Both the position numbers and the translations under genes were made by a program. This document shows positions 32,045 through 41,848 of a stretch of 64,000 bases of DNA, one piece after another. Origin of the DNA: an uncultured Prolixibacteraceae bacterium (GTDB lineage: Bacteria; Bacteroidota; Bacteroidia; Bacteroidales; Prolixibacteraceae); assembly GCA_964563975.1 (NCBI GenBank), contig CAZLZJ010000005.1, forward strand, positions 214 through 64,213, in the 5' to 3' direction. Numbering within the stretch: position 1 is the stretch's first letter; each line of letters starts with the position of its first letter. The notes beneath the pieces were generated by a model. It worked only from the letters and a program-made list of their open reading frames with translations. It ran no database searches and was not told the origin of the DNA.

Positions 32045-32653
32045 ATGGCTAGATATATAGGACCAAAATCTAAAATAGCGCGTAAATTCGGAGAACCTAT
32101 TTTCGGACCGGATAAAGTTTTTGAACATAAAAATTATCCTCCCGGAATGCATGGGTTAACATCAAGAAGGAGAAAAAAATCTGAATACGGGCAACAACTA
32201 AGTGAAAAGCAAAAAGCTAAATATACATACGGAGTACTGGAAAAACAGTTTCGCAGACTTTTTGAGAAAGCCAACTCTTCTAAAGGTGTTACCGGTGAAG
32301 TATTATTGCAGCTGCTTGAGTCAAGGCTTGATAATGTTGTTTTCAGACTTGGTATCGCAAGAACACGTGATGCGGCACGGCAACTTGTTACACATAAACA
32401 TATTGTTGTAAATGACAAGGTTGTCAATATCCCTTCTTATCTTTTAAGACCCGGTGATATTGTTGGTGTCAGAGAAAGATCAAAATCATTAGAAGTGATC
32501 ACAAACTCGTTGCAGTCGCGAAGAAGTTCACATTACGGATGGCTTGAATGGGATGATAATCTGCTTACCGGCAAATTCCTGAACATTCCGGAACGTGAAG
32601 AAATTCCAGAAAATATTAAAGAACAGCTTATTGTTGAGTTGTATTCAAAATAA
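32045..32653 (+). CDS. rpsD: 30S ribosomal protein S4
   Basis: [21 protein letters not shown]...S4 RNA-binding domain ([29 protein letters not shown]). Confidence 0.97.
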   Translation: MARYIGPKSKIARKFGEPIFGPDKVFEHKNYPPGMHGLTSRRRKKSEYGQQLSEKQKAKYTYGVLEKQFRRLFEKANSSKGVTGEVLLQLLESRLDNVVFRLGIARTRDAARQLVTHKHIVVNDKVVNIPSYLLRPGDIVGVRERSKSLEVITNSLQSRRSSHYGWLEWDDNLLTGKFLNIPEREEIPENIKEQLIVELYSK

Positions 32654-32670
32654 ATTTTTACAAGGATATT

Positions 32671-33663
32671 ATGGCAATATTAGCATTTCAGAAGCCCGAC
32701 AAAGTTATAATGATCGAATCGGAGGATAAATTCGGCAAGTTCGAATTTCGTCCACTGGAACCCGGATATGGTATTACAATAGGTAATGCACTTCGCCGTA
32801 TTTTGTTGTCATCATTGGAAGGATATGCCATCGCTACCATTAAGATCGAAGGCGTGGACCATGAGTTTTCAACAATAAAAGGCGTTATTGAAGATGTTAC
32901 TGATATAATCCTGAACCTGAAACAGATTCGTTTAAAAAATGAAGTAGAGGATTTTGACAGTGAGAAGGTGATGATTACAATTACCGGACAAGAGACATTT
33001 AAGGCAGGTGATATTAATCAATTTATGACAGGTTTCAGTGTATTGAATCCTGAAATGGTGATTTGCCGAATGGAACCGGATGTTAAATTGCAGATGGAAC
33101 TGACTATCAATAAGGGGAGGGGTTATGTGCCTGCTGTTGAAAATAAACCGGCAGAAACAGAATTTGGTCTTATACCCATCGATTCGATTTATACTCCCAT
33201 CAAAAAGGTTAAATATTCAGTTGAAAATTATCGTGTTGAACAAAAGACAGACTATGAAAAGCTTATTTTTGAAATAACAACCGATGGATCAATTCTTCCA
33301 CAGGATGCATTGAAAGAGGCTGCAAAAATTCTTATATATCACTTTATGCTCTTTTCCGACGAAAAGATTACCCTTGACTCAGATGATAGGTTTGCTAATG
33401 AAGAGTTTGATGAAGAGGTGCTCCATATGCGTCAGTTATTAAAAACTAAATTGATTGATCTCGATCTGTCAGTTAGAGCATTGAATTGCCTTAAAGCTGC
33501 CGATGTAGATACTTTGGGCGATTTGGTGGTATACAACAGGAATGATCTGTTGAAATTCAGGAATTTCGGAAAAAAATCACTTGCTGAACTTGAAAACCTT
33601 CTTGATAATATGGGGCTTTCGTTTAGTATGGATATTAGTAAGTATAAACTTGACAAGGAATAA
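32671..33663 (+). CDS. rpoA: DNA-directed RNA polymerase alpha subunit
   Basis: [31 protein letters not shown]-terminal domain: [23 protein letters not shown]. Confidence 0.97.
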   Translation: MAILAFQKPDKVIMIESEDKFGKFEFRPLEPGYGITIGNALRRILLSSLEGYAIATIKIEGVDHEFSTIKGVIEDVTDIILNLKQIRLKNEVEDFDSEKVMITITGQETFKAGDINQFMTGFSVLNPEMVICRMEPDVKLQMELTINKGRGYVPAVENKPAETEFGLIPIDSIYTPIKKVKYSVENYRVEQKTDYEKLIFEITTDGSILPQDALKEAAKILIYHFMLFSDEKITLDSDDRFANEEFDEEVLHMRQLLKTKLIDLDLSVRALNCLKAADVDTLGDLVVYNRNDLLKFRNFGKKSLAELENLLDNMGLSFSMDISKYKLDKE

Positions 33664-33671
33664 TACAGGTA

Positions 33672-34310
33672 ATGAGACATAATAAAAAATTTAATCATTT
33701 AAGCCGTACCAGCTCACATCGCAAAGCCATGTTGTCAAATATGGCCAGCTCACTTATTGAAAATAAAAGGATTACAACAACCTTAGCTAAGGCAAAAGCT
33801 CTGCGTATGTATGTAGAGCCGCTTATTACAAAGGCAAAAGAGGATACAACCCATTCACGAAGAGTGGTTTTCAGTCATTTGCAAAATAAAGAAGCTGTCT
33901 CTGAACTGTTTAGAGATGTGGCTGTTAAAATAGGTGACCGTCCGGGTGGATATACACGTATTCTCAGAACCGGCAACAGGGCCGGTGATAATGCCGAGAT
34001 GTGTATAATTGAGCTTGTTGATTATAATGAAGCTATGCTTGCCTCTAAAAGTGAAGCAGAAAAACCAAAACGCAGGAGATCACGTCGCGGAGGTGCTAAA
34101 AAGCAGCAGGTTGTTGCTGAAGATAAACCTAAAAGCGTTAAAGAAAAAGCCGCAACAGATGAAGTTGTTGAGGACGTTGCAGCAGAAGCTTCTATTGAGA
34201 CAGATGATGCAGTTTCTGAAGAAGAGGGTGCCGGCGACATTGCTGAAAGCCTGAAAAACGATGCAGAAACTACAGTTGACCCAAGCGAAGAGACTGAAAT
34301 GAATAAATAA
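33672..34310 (+). CDS. rplQ: 50S ribosomal protein L17 with long charged C-terminal extension
   Basis: The L17 core ([22 protein letters not shown]...[25 protein letters not shown]) ends near residue 125. The remaining ~85 residues are a basic patch followed by an acidic tail. Confidence 0.95.
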   Translation: MRHNKKFNHLSRTSSHRKAMLSNMASSLIENKRITTTLAKAKALRMYVEPLITKAKEDTTHSRRVVFSHLQNKEAVSELFRDVAVKIGDRPGGYTRILRTGNRAGDNAEMCIIELVDYNEAMLASKSEAEKPKRRRSRRGGAKKQQVVAEDKPKSVKEKAATDEVVEDVAAEASIETDDAVSEEEGAGDIAESLKNDAETTVDPSEETEMNK

Positions 34311-34317
34311 CTGAATC

Positions 34318-35322
34318 ATGAATACCCAAAACTCCAATAACAGCATTTCACGCCGTAAATTTATCGGTACTGCCACCACTGCAGCATTGGCTCTTACTTA
34401 TTTACCTTCAGGCTTTGGCTGCAAAAAATCTTCATCCTCAAAGTCTGTTTCAGTATTTGGAGGAGTGACTGTCGGGGTCATCACATATAGCTGGAGGAGT
34501 ATGCCGGGAAGTGCTGATGATATTATCAATTACTGTGTAAACGGGGGGATTGGCTCTCTTGAACTGATGGGAGAAGTTGCTGAGGAGTTTGCCGGTATAC
34601 CGGCATTACCCAAAAGATCACGAGGGGATGTGAAGATGACCGAAAAAGAGCAGGCTGACTACCAAAAAGCTTTGGCAGATGCCAAAAATGCACAAAGAGA
34701 GTGGCGTCTGTCCCTTTCAATGGATAAGTATAAGGAGCTTAGGGAAAAGTTTAATAATGCAGGAATAGATATACATACGGTTAAGTTTTCTCCTTCCGGC
34801 TGGAGTGACGAAGAGATAGATTATGCATTTATTGCTGCCGGTGTAATCGGGGCAAAAGCTATTACTAATGAGATTGGGCATGAGGAGTGCAAAAGGCTTG
34901 GTAAGTTTGCTGAAAAGCACAATATGTATGCAGCTTTTCATAACCATGCCCAGCCGGGTCAGCCGGGGTTCAATTTTGAGGATTTCCTTGCATATTCCCC
35001 TCAAAATATGCTTAATTTTGATGCAGGTCACTATTTCGGGTCAACAGGCAAACATCCGAATGAGGTCATTGAAAAATTGCACAACCGTATTTACAGCATT
35101 CATTTGAAAGATAAAACAGGGCCGGGATCAGAACCGGCTAATGCCAATATGCCATGGGGTGAAGGAGAAACGCCTATTGCTGATATTCTGAAATTGATAC
35201 AAAAAAACAGATGGCCCATCTATTGCGATATTGAACTTGAATATAATATTCCTGAAGGTTCAGATGCACAGAAGGAGGTAGTTAAGTGTGTTCGGTATTG
35301 CAAAGATATTCTTGTGGGCTGA
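34318..35322 (+). CDS. TAT-exported sugar phosphate isomerase/epimerase-fold (xylose-isomerase-like TIM barrel) protein
   Basis: SRRKFIGTATTAALA twin-arginine leader. TIM-barrel-family segments (AFHNHAQPG, LNFDAGHY, IHLKD, DIELEY). Confidence 0.7.
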   Translation: MNTQNSNNSISRRKFIGTATTAALALTYLPSGFGCKKSSSSKSVSVFGGVTVGVITYSWRSMPGSADDIINYCVNGGIGSLELMGEVAEEFAGIPALPKRSRGDVKMTEKEQADYQKALADAKNAQREWRLSLSMDKYKELREKFNNAGIDIHTVKFSPSGWSDEEIDYAFIAAGVIGAKAITNEIGHEECKRLGKFAEKHNMYAAFHNHAQPGQPGFNFEDFLAYSPQNMLNFDAGHYFGSTGKHPNEVIEKLHNRIYSIHLKDKTGPGSEPANANMPWGEGETPIADILKLIQKNRWPIYCDIELEYNIPEGSDAQKEVVKCVRYCKDILVG

Positions 35323-35344
35323 GTAATCGCTGCGGGCCGGTACT

Positions 35345-36247
35345 TCATTTATTGTCTGCACTTTGATCAACCGATTTAAATAGTTTGATTATCTCTTCTG
35401 TTTTTATCTCCTTATCGATAAACCCTGCCGTATGAAAATTTTTTTTCAGAGATTCTAACAGTCTTCTTACCACGATCTTGTCAGAAATAGGTTCTGTATA
35501 TTTATCCGGTGAGATTTTTTTCTGTTTTTTCAGATGGTAATCAATTTCTTTTCTGTTTGTTATTGCTCCCTTATTTGAAGGATTTATATAAAAAATTACA
35601 CTTGTCTTTGTGTCTTTGCCAAGTACTTTTTTTGCCAGATCGGAATCTACAACAGCTACAAGGGGATTGTTTGGAAAATCGGTCATCATAACCGGTAATC
35701 CCAACTGGCGGGCAAGAATTGTATAGAGGATGCTAACAGAGACAGGATTGCCTTTTTTTGTTTCCAAAAGCTGATTTAAATAGCAGTTTTGAGGAGAATT
35801 AATATTATTCAGGTTTATTGAAAAGCCATTTACATTGAATAAAAAATGGTTTAATATTGTAATTTTTTCAAGAAGAGTTAATGAATTGTTTAATTCTAAC
35901 CAGACTGCTTTTCTAATATTTTCAATCTTTTGTTTTAAACTTAAAATATTGATATCAGGATACTGAAACCTGTCAACATAGATAAATCCTTCGAGAAGAT
36001 CACATTTATCTGAAAGTATCCATGATTTTAAAAGTTTTTTGGTCTGTTTGAATTGGAGATTTTGTATTACTGTTTCGATCCGTTCCTGACAATTTTCGTC
36101 ACAACTAATTTCCCATTTTTCTTCAAGTGCGGGAATTATTTTCCAGCTCTGTTTGAGAAGCTCCTTCTCTACCGCTTCATAAACCCGGTAATCAGGATCG
36201 TCAAGAAGATATATCAATGCTTTTGTCTTTTTATTTTTTATGTTCAT
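35345..36247 (-). CDS. Transglutaminase-like (UPF0162/SirB1-like) family protein
   Basis: The segment YLNQLLETKKGNPVSVSILYTILARQLGLPVMMTDFPNNPLV resembles the Transglut_core2 signature (R.G.PISL..LY..VA.RLGLP..GV.FPGHF). No signal peptide. Confidence 0.5.
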   Translation of the reverse strand: MNIKNKKTKALIYLLDDPDYRVYEAVEKELLKQSWKIIPALEEKWEISCDENCQERIETVIQNLQFKQTKKLLKSWILSDKCDLLEGFIYVDRFQYPDINILSLKQKIENIRKAVWLELNNSLTLLEKITILNHFLFNVNGFSINLNNINSPQNCYLNQLLETKKGNPVSVSILYTILARQLGLPVMMTDFPNNPLVAVVDSDLAKKVLGKDTKTSVIFYINPSNKGAITNRKEIDYHLKKQKKISPDKYTEPISDKIVVRRLLESLKKNFHTAGFIDKEIKTEEIIKLFKSVDQSADNK

Positions 36248-36253
36248 CAGTAA

Positions 36254-37123
36254 TTAATTAGCCAGGTTATCAAGAACTTTTTTTATTAGTTTTTTCATCT
36301 CTTCGAAGTAGTTGCTGCAAGCATCTCCGGTTACTCTGTTAGCTATTATAAGACATACTGTTAATGCATTATGACCCAGTAAATGGGAAAGTCCGTAAAT
36401 CGCCGAACTTTCCATTTCAAAGTTGGTGATCTTGAGATCATTATATTTAAAGCTTTCAAGTGCCGCGTTGAGATTGGGCATTGAGGTTGACAACCTTATT
36501 ACCCGTCCTTGAGGGCCATAAAACCCGGGAGCAGAGATAGTTACTCCCTTACTGAATTCAGGGTCGGAGAATCTGGCAATCAAGTTGTCTGATGCATCCA
36601 TAATATAAAGGTCAGGTAAAGAGCCAAGCCATCCAATATCTTTTTTCAAAGCTTTTTCAAATTTATGATCACAATATTTATCTTTTCCTGCATAAAAATT
36701 TAAAAGTCCGTCGAATCCAACCGATTTAAGACTTACCAGCCATGAATTTACCGCAATCTCTTTTTGGAGGCTCCCGGAAGTACCAATTCTTACGATATTA
36801 AGTGACTTTTTCCTTTTATATATTTTTCGGGTTTTCAGGTCGATATTGACAAGTGCATCCAGTTCGTTAAGTACTATATCTATATTATCGGTACCTATTC
36901 CTGTTGAAATTACAGTAAACTTTTTGTTTTTATAACTGCCTGTAACACTGTTAAATTCGCGGTTGCTGGCAGAAAATGCAATAGTATCAAAAAAAGCTGC
37001 AATCTCTCCAACTCTGTTTTGGTCGCCAACAAGTATTATATTATCTGCAATATTTTCAGGCTTTAAGTGCAGATGAAATATTGACCCGTCGCTATTTAGA
37101 ATTAATTCAGACTCTTTAATCAT
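36254..37123 (-). CDS. Nucleoside phosphorylase (PNP/UDP_1 family)
   Basis: ILVGDQNRV, STGIGTDNIDIVLNEL, VRIGTSGSL and FEMESSAIYGL segments are typical of uridine/purine nucleoside phosphorylase-fold enzymes. Confidence 0.75.
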   Translation of the reverse strand: MIKESELILNSDGSIFHLHLKPENIADNIILVGDQNRVGEIAAFFDTIAFSASNREFNSVTGSYKNKKFTVISTGIGTDNIDIVLNELDALVNIDLKTRKIYKRKKSLNIVRIGTSGSLQKEIAVNSWLVSLKSVGFDGLLNFYAGKDKYCDHKFEKALKKDIGWLGSLPDLYIMDASDNLIARFSDPEFSKGVTISAPGFYGPQGRVIRLSTSMPNLNAALESFKYNDLKITNFEMESSAIYGLSHLLGHNALTVCLIIANRVTGDACSNYFEEMKKLIKKVLDNLAN

Positions 37124-37301
37124 AATTAAAGATTTACAGGGTTAAAACTATTTAAAATAAGATAAATAGACAATGATTTTTTTTAAAACATTTTAACAAT
37201 CTATATTTTAAAAAATAAATAAAGAGTCTGATTTGTTAGCAACTTATAGAAATAGGCTCTCTTTACTTACTGAATTTATTCTCAATTACACTCTAATTTT
37301 C

Positions 37302-37309
37302 TATTTTTG
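37302..37309 (+). promoter_or_regulatory. Candidate -7 promoter core TATTTTTG
   Basis: Exact TAnnTTTG match 27 nt upstream of the 37336 ATG, in a 212-nt AT-rich divergent intergenic region. Confidence 0.35.
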
Positions 37310-37335
37310 AATAAATAATAACTAAACTTCAATAA

Positions 37336-39168
37336 ATGTCATTTAAAATATTTTTATTTCAGCTTTCAGGAAAGATCAAACCGGTTGAAAAAATTGAATC
37401 GCGGCGACATATTTTGCATAATGAGTATCTTCAGTTTAAATCTGTAGAAAGTTCGGAGGAGTTGAAAGAGTTTCAGGATCTGGAGAAACTAATTACATCT
37501 GAGGGCTTTAAAGAGAGGAAGACTAAAATAAAAAGTCTTCGGTTTAAAGGTAGTGATGAGGAAGATATCTTAAAAGAATTTATTGCATTAAAGAAAAACT
37601 CACAGATAAAAAAGTATTTTCAGGTTAAAGACTCTTCGGATTTAAAAAGATTTGAATTGTTGAAAGATTCAGATAAGGTGAAGGAGTATCTTCAGCTTAC
37701 CGACTTTGTTGAAAATGGTTCTTACAGAAGTGCAAAAGATGAAGCTAAACAACAGATATACAAGGGGTCGGAAGAAAAAGAGCAGGAGAAGGAGTATCAA
37801 AAGCTTAAGAGGTCATCTTTAGTAAAAATATTTTTGGAATTACACAACTCCGATGCCCTTAAAAGATATGAGTCAATAGCAAATTCAGATAAACTAAAAA
37901 AGTATTTTGAATTGCTAAATCTTTCCGGCAAAGATAGGGAAAAGACCAAAGAGATGAAAAGTCTACGGTCAGACTTTGATATTAAGGATTATTTGAAATT
38001 TGAGCGATCACATAAATATAGAATTTACAGTGAGGCGATTGATAGCTATACTCTTAAGAGATATAATGAGCTGAAACCAATGGTTGAGAGTAAAGAGTTT
38101 AAAAAAAGGGTACTCTTTTTAAAGGATAAGAAAAAATTTGAGAAGAGTGATGCATATAAAAAATTCAGGCGTTTAAAAGAGTTATCATCAAGCGCTGATA
38201 TAAAGTTTTATTTGAAATATGGGAAATCATCGATTTTGAAAAATTATTATGATACACGTGATACAGATATTCTGAAGCATTTTCAGGAGTTAAGCGACCG
38301 GGTGTCATCAGAAGAATTTATAAAAAGGAAAGCCTATTTAGAGGATCCTGAAAAGTGGAAGAAAAGTGAAGAATTTGCCGGTGAACAGCGATATTCAGAG
38401 ATGAAGAAACGCCCTCATTTAGTTAAGTATTTTAAATATAAGGATAGTAACAGATTTGATTTTTTCAAAAAGTGGGAGTTAAGTTTTGAAGATGATTTTT
38501 CCGGCAAAGAGTTAAAAAAGGACAAATGGTCGGTTTTGTCGGTGTGGTCTGAAAAACTGCCCGGGAAAAATTTCAGTTTGCCGGGTGACCTTAATAAATT
38601 TACTGAGGGTGAAAATATAAAGACAGAAAGAAGGTTGATTATAGAAACACGTAAAGAGAGGTCAGAAGGCCTTACTTGGAATCCTGCTGCAGGATTTATT
38701 CCCACACAGTTTGACTATACATCGGGATTGGTTTCAACTTGGAAAAGCTTTTGGCAGGAAAATGGTATTTTTGAGGTAAAAGTAAGATTCAATCCCGTAA
38801 AGGAGGCGGTAAGCTCATTTATTTTACAGGGTGAAAAAAACTCTCCCCGGATACATCTTTTTGAAATGGGGACAAAAAACAGGGTAGGGGTGTCTTATTC
38901 TGACAATACAGGTAAGCTTCAAGTGGAGGGAACAACTATTTCTAACCTGAAAAGGGGGAAGTGGTATATTTTTACTTTTGAGAAAGAGGGAGATTTGCTC
39001 ACCTGGAAAATTAATGAAACAGAAATATTAAAACTGCAAAATCATAAATTTGATTTTCCCCTTCATATAAATATTTTAACTATAGTTGTTGATGATATAC
39101 CGGGTTCGAAATTGCCGGTGAAGTTTCAAATTAACGGGGTAAGGTGCTACAAGAGAAGGCAAAATTAA
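37336..39168 (+). CDS. Hypothetical protein: N-terminal array of short K/E-rich helical repeats plus C-terminal GH16-like/ConA-like jelly roll with non-canonical active-site motif
   Basis: About ten copies of [L/E]K.[F/Y]..L..S..[I/V]K.[F/Y] occur in residues ~30-390. The C-terminus has GH16-like blocks FEDDFSGKELKKDKW and YTSGLVSTWKSFWQENGIFEVKVRF. The ExDxxE site reads R-I-H-L-F-E. No signal peptide. Confidence 0.55.
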   Translation: MSFKIFLFQLSGKIKPVEKIESRRHILHNEYLQFKSVESSEELKEFQDLEKLITSEGFKERKTKIKSLRFKGSDEEDILKEFIALKKNSQIKKYFQVKDSSDLKRFELLKDSDKVKEYLQLTDFVENGSYRSAKDEAKQQIYKGSEEKEQEKEYQKLKRSSLVKIFLELHNSDALKRYESIANSDKLKKYFELLNLSGKDREKTKEMKSLRSDFDIKDYLKFERSHKYRIYSEAIDSYTLKRYNELKPMVESKEFKKRVLFLKDKKKFEKSDAYKKFRRLKELSSSADIKFYLKYGKSSILKNYYDTRDTDILKHFQELSDRVSSEEFIKRKAYLEDPEKWKKSEEFAGEQRYSEMKKRPHLVKYFKYKDSNRFDFFKKWELSFEDDFSGKELKKDKWSVLSVWSEKLPGKNFSLPGDLNKFTEGENIKTERRLIIETRKERSEGLTWNPAAGFIPTQFDYTSGLVSTWKSFWQENGIFEVKVRFNPVKEAVSSFILQGEKNSPRIHLFEMGTKNRVGVSYSDNTGKLQVEGTTISNLKRGKWYIFTFEKEGDLLTWKINETEILKLQNHKFDFPLHINILTIVVDDIPGSKLPVKFQINGVRCYKRRQN

Positions 39169-39851
39169 TAATTAAAAAGATAACAAACTGATGCAGAGAG
39201 CCTTATTCCGCTCCAGTTTGTTTTCACAGGTTTTTTTGTATCGTTGAATTGCAGGAAAGCATCCCTGTTTCCCACCAACCTGTTTTTACTGCCTGTGTCA
39301 ATTAAATAACCGGCATTGGCTCCGAACTCTATACTGCCTGTATTGTATGCCAGCCTCAACTTGGGCTCTGCCTGGACAGCGCCTGATTTAAAGCTTTTTT
39401 TATCATTATAGGTGATTACTTTTTCCTTCATTTCTAATTTTGAAAAGGCATATGAAATTCGTGTTTCTCCGTAAAGGTTAACTGCTTTGTTAATCAGCTT
39501 AAGCCTTGCAGCAACACCGGGCGACCAGGAGGTGAGTATATTGTCGACCTGCAGTTCACCTGAATAATCTTTATAACTTATTCTTGAGCCTGTGGTGTTG
39601 AATGACCCTGATATACCGAACGACAAGAGGTCTGTTGCCTGATAGAGAATCCCGATATTATAAAATGGTTGCATCGGGAAATCGTCGGTTATCTTTCCTT
39701 TCACCGGAAGGTTTTTTAATATGGTTGAATTCATATCTCTCATGTCATTTAACGAGTATGACCCAATTCCGTAACCTGCCTCGATAATTAATTGTGAAAA
39801 GGAACTATATACAAGTAGTATAAAGATGATTATAGATATGATTTTTTTCAT
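39165..39851 (-). CDS. Small outer-membrane beta-barrel protein (porin-family/OmpW-OmpA-barrel-like)
   Basis: Signal peptide MKKIISIIIFILLVYSSFSQ. Alternating hydrophobic beta-strand pattern. C-terminal aromatic residue (YLFNY). Confidence 0.65.
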   Translation of the reverse strand: MKKIISIIIFILLVYSSFSQLIIEAGYGIGSYSLNDMRDMNSTILKNLPVKGKITDDFPMQPFYNIGILYQATDLLSFGISGSFNTTGSRISYKDYSGELQVDNILTSWSPGVAARLKLINKAVNLYGETRISYAFSKLEMKEKVITYNDKKSFKSGAVQAEPKLRLAYNTGSIEFGANAGYLIDTGSKNRLVGNRDAFLQFNDTKKPVKTNWSGIRLSASVCYLFNY

Positions 39852-39909
39852 TTGTCATGATTTTTATCTGTTAATATAAGGATATTCGTGGTTGGCTTAG
39901 CAAAGTATT

Positions 39910-41757
39910 TCAATATTCAAGCTTATGTCTGAGCCCTTCGGTGAAGAGAATTTTATTACTGAGGAAGAGGCTTGTATAGTTACTGTTATTATCTCCGAAG
40001 TTGAAAGTTTTAACCTCTTTTTTTTGTTCACCGGTATTCAGGTCATAGATTGTTATCAGGTCTCTCTCCTCGTTCAAGGTGACAAGTTCATTATTATTCC
40101 AGTCGATATCGTAGAAATATTTATCATTTACAGCTGTTTCGGAGATGATGGTTAGGTCGTCAGGAGCTATCCTGGTCAATGATCCGTTTTTAAAATAGAG
40201 AAGATGCCCGGTTACCGGGTCAAAATCAAAGAAACCTATATCGCAGCTGCTCCATATCATGACCGCTTTACCCTCTTCTAATTTGAACAGCTCTGTAAGA
40301 TAGTTCGGCCAAATACCCTTGATATGCCTTATACAGAAAAAATTACCGTCGGGTGATATTCTCATTTTGTCTCCTAAGTTTGATTCACCATCGATCCTGA
40401 ATGTCGCCTCTGCCGTTTTGTTCAGGAAGTCGTAAAAATAGTAGTCAGCTTTTTGGTTATAAAATACCCCCTTCCCGTTATTGGCAATTTCGAACTGAAC
40501 AGGCATCTCCTCACCGGGAAATGATGAATTGGGAATTATATCAATGACCTCCATCGTTTTTGTATCTGTCAGTTCGAGTTGTAAAGGTTTTGCAGATAAC
40601 ATCTTTTTTCCGTCAGGTGAAACAGATAAATAGACATATTGGGAGGGTATTGAACCGGTTATGATATTTTTGTCACAGTCGAATTTATAAACCCGGTATA
40701 TATCGGAAAAGTAGCAATTGTTCCCTAAGGGAGCTGCAAATATCGAAAAGGGAAATATTGGCATCGGGTCACCAATAATAATATCTTCTGTCGGGCTTGC
40801 CATGAACCTGAGGTCATCGAAGCTGTTTAACGGGATTTCCCTTTTTTTCGGCTTGGGAAGCACATAAAACTTAGTTTCTACGGCAAACCTGCCCTCTTCA
40901 AAGGTAAAGCTGTCAGCTGAGCCGCCCTCAATATATGCCAATTCGTTAAAGTGGTTAAAACGGTTATAAGATTCAAATATTCTGTAGCCGGCAATATTGT
41001 TTTCAAATTTACTTTTCTCCCAGGAAACCTCAATAACCAGGTCATCTCTTTTTTGGGCAACTGCTTTGGGGAGCCCCTCTTCATAATATACATGGCGGCT
41101 GGTAAATGTACCATTGTCAGTTTCAGTCACTATATAGTAATCGCCATTATACCCGATATATGATTCATCGTAAAGAAAAGTTCTGTTCTGATCGTCTATA
41201 ATATCAATTTTATAAAAAACAGAATTAAATATATGGTATTTGCGAAACCCGATCCCTTTGAATTTTTCCCATTCAATTCTGAGACTTCCGTTTTTAGGGG
41301 TTACGCCGATAATTTGTGAGGCTGTATCTGCATCATCCAGGAAGTAAAGGATAAAGGTTTTTGAAAAGAGAAAACCTTCGGCATTGACCTTATCAGCAAG
41401 GCTCCCGGATCCCGAACTTCTGAATAATTCAACATTTAACTCATAGGGGATACCTTTTTGATACTGTCCCGGGTTAAAGCTGAATGTAAAATTGCCTGAA
41501 GTAGACTCTATTTTTGACAGCTGAATATTATTAAGCCGGAAGAGGGCAAACCTGACTTTTGAATCCGGTGTGGAATAGTAAAGTGTTGTATACCCCGTTA
41601 TTGGTACATAAATGGTATCTGACGAAAAATTCAGGTTAACGTTGATGTCAGGTACTTCGGTTATGGGCTCAACATCGACTTCGTAAATGCCTTCCGGTTC
41701 AAATTCACATGCTGAAATTATGAAAATAAAGGCTGTGAAATATAAAAATATTCTCAT
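39910..41757 (-). CDS. Hypothetical lipoprotein with FN3-like modules and C-terminal PD40/WD40-like beta-propeller repeats
   Basis: Lipobox IFIISAC. Two W-E-K...Y[HR]IF segments (LRIEWEKFKGIGFRKYHIF, IEVSWEKSKFENNIAGYRIF). SPDG repeats (SVSPDGKKM, RISPDGNFF). Confidence 0.5.
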   Translation of the reverse strand: MRIFLYFTAFIFIISACEFEPEGIYEVDVEPITEVPDINVNLNFSSDTIYVPITGYTTLYYSTPDSKVRFALFRLNNIQLSKIESTSGNFTFSFNPGQYQKGIPYELNVELFRSSGSGSLADKVNAEGFLFSKTFILYFLDDADTASQIIGVTPKNGSLRIEWEKFKGIGFRKYHIFNSVFYKIDIIDDQNRTFLYDESYIGYNGDYYIVTETDNGTFTSRHVYYEEGLPKAVAQKRDDLVIEVSWEKSKFENNIAGYRIFESYNRFNHFNELAYIEGGSADSFTFEEGRFAVETKFYVLPKPKKREIPLNSFDDLRFMASPTEDIIIGDPMPIFPFSIFAAPLGNNCYFSDIYRVYKFDCDKNIITGSIPSQYVYLSVSPDGKKMLSAKPLQLELTDTKTMEVIDIIPNSSFPGEEMPVQFEIANNGKGVFYNQKADYYFYDFLNKTAEATFRIDGESNLGDKMRISPDGNFFCIRHIKGIWPNYLTELFKLEEGKAVMIWSSCDIGFFDFDPVTGHLLYFKNGSLTRIAPDDLTIISETAVNDKYFYDIDWNNNELVTLNEERDLITIYDLNTGEQKKEVKTFNFGDNNSNYTSLFLSNKILFTEGLRHKLEY

Positions 41758-41848
41758 TGTTTAATTTATTGTATTAATCTATTTAAAATTATTTTAATAA
41801 TTAAAAAAATTTAAATTTAAAATTATTTTGTAAAATATTAATGCTTTA

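Noticed and set aside
39165-39168. 4-nt overlap of the convergent stop codons of the 37336-39168 and 39165-39851 genes
   Set aside because: TTAA read on both strands gives two stops. This is a compact convergent junction, not evidence of a functional link or a frameshift.
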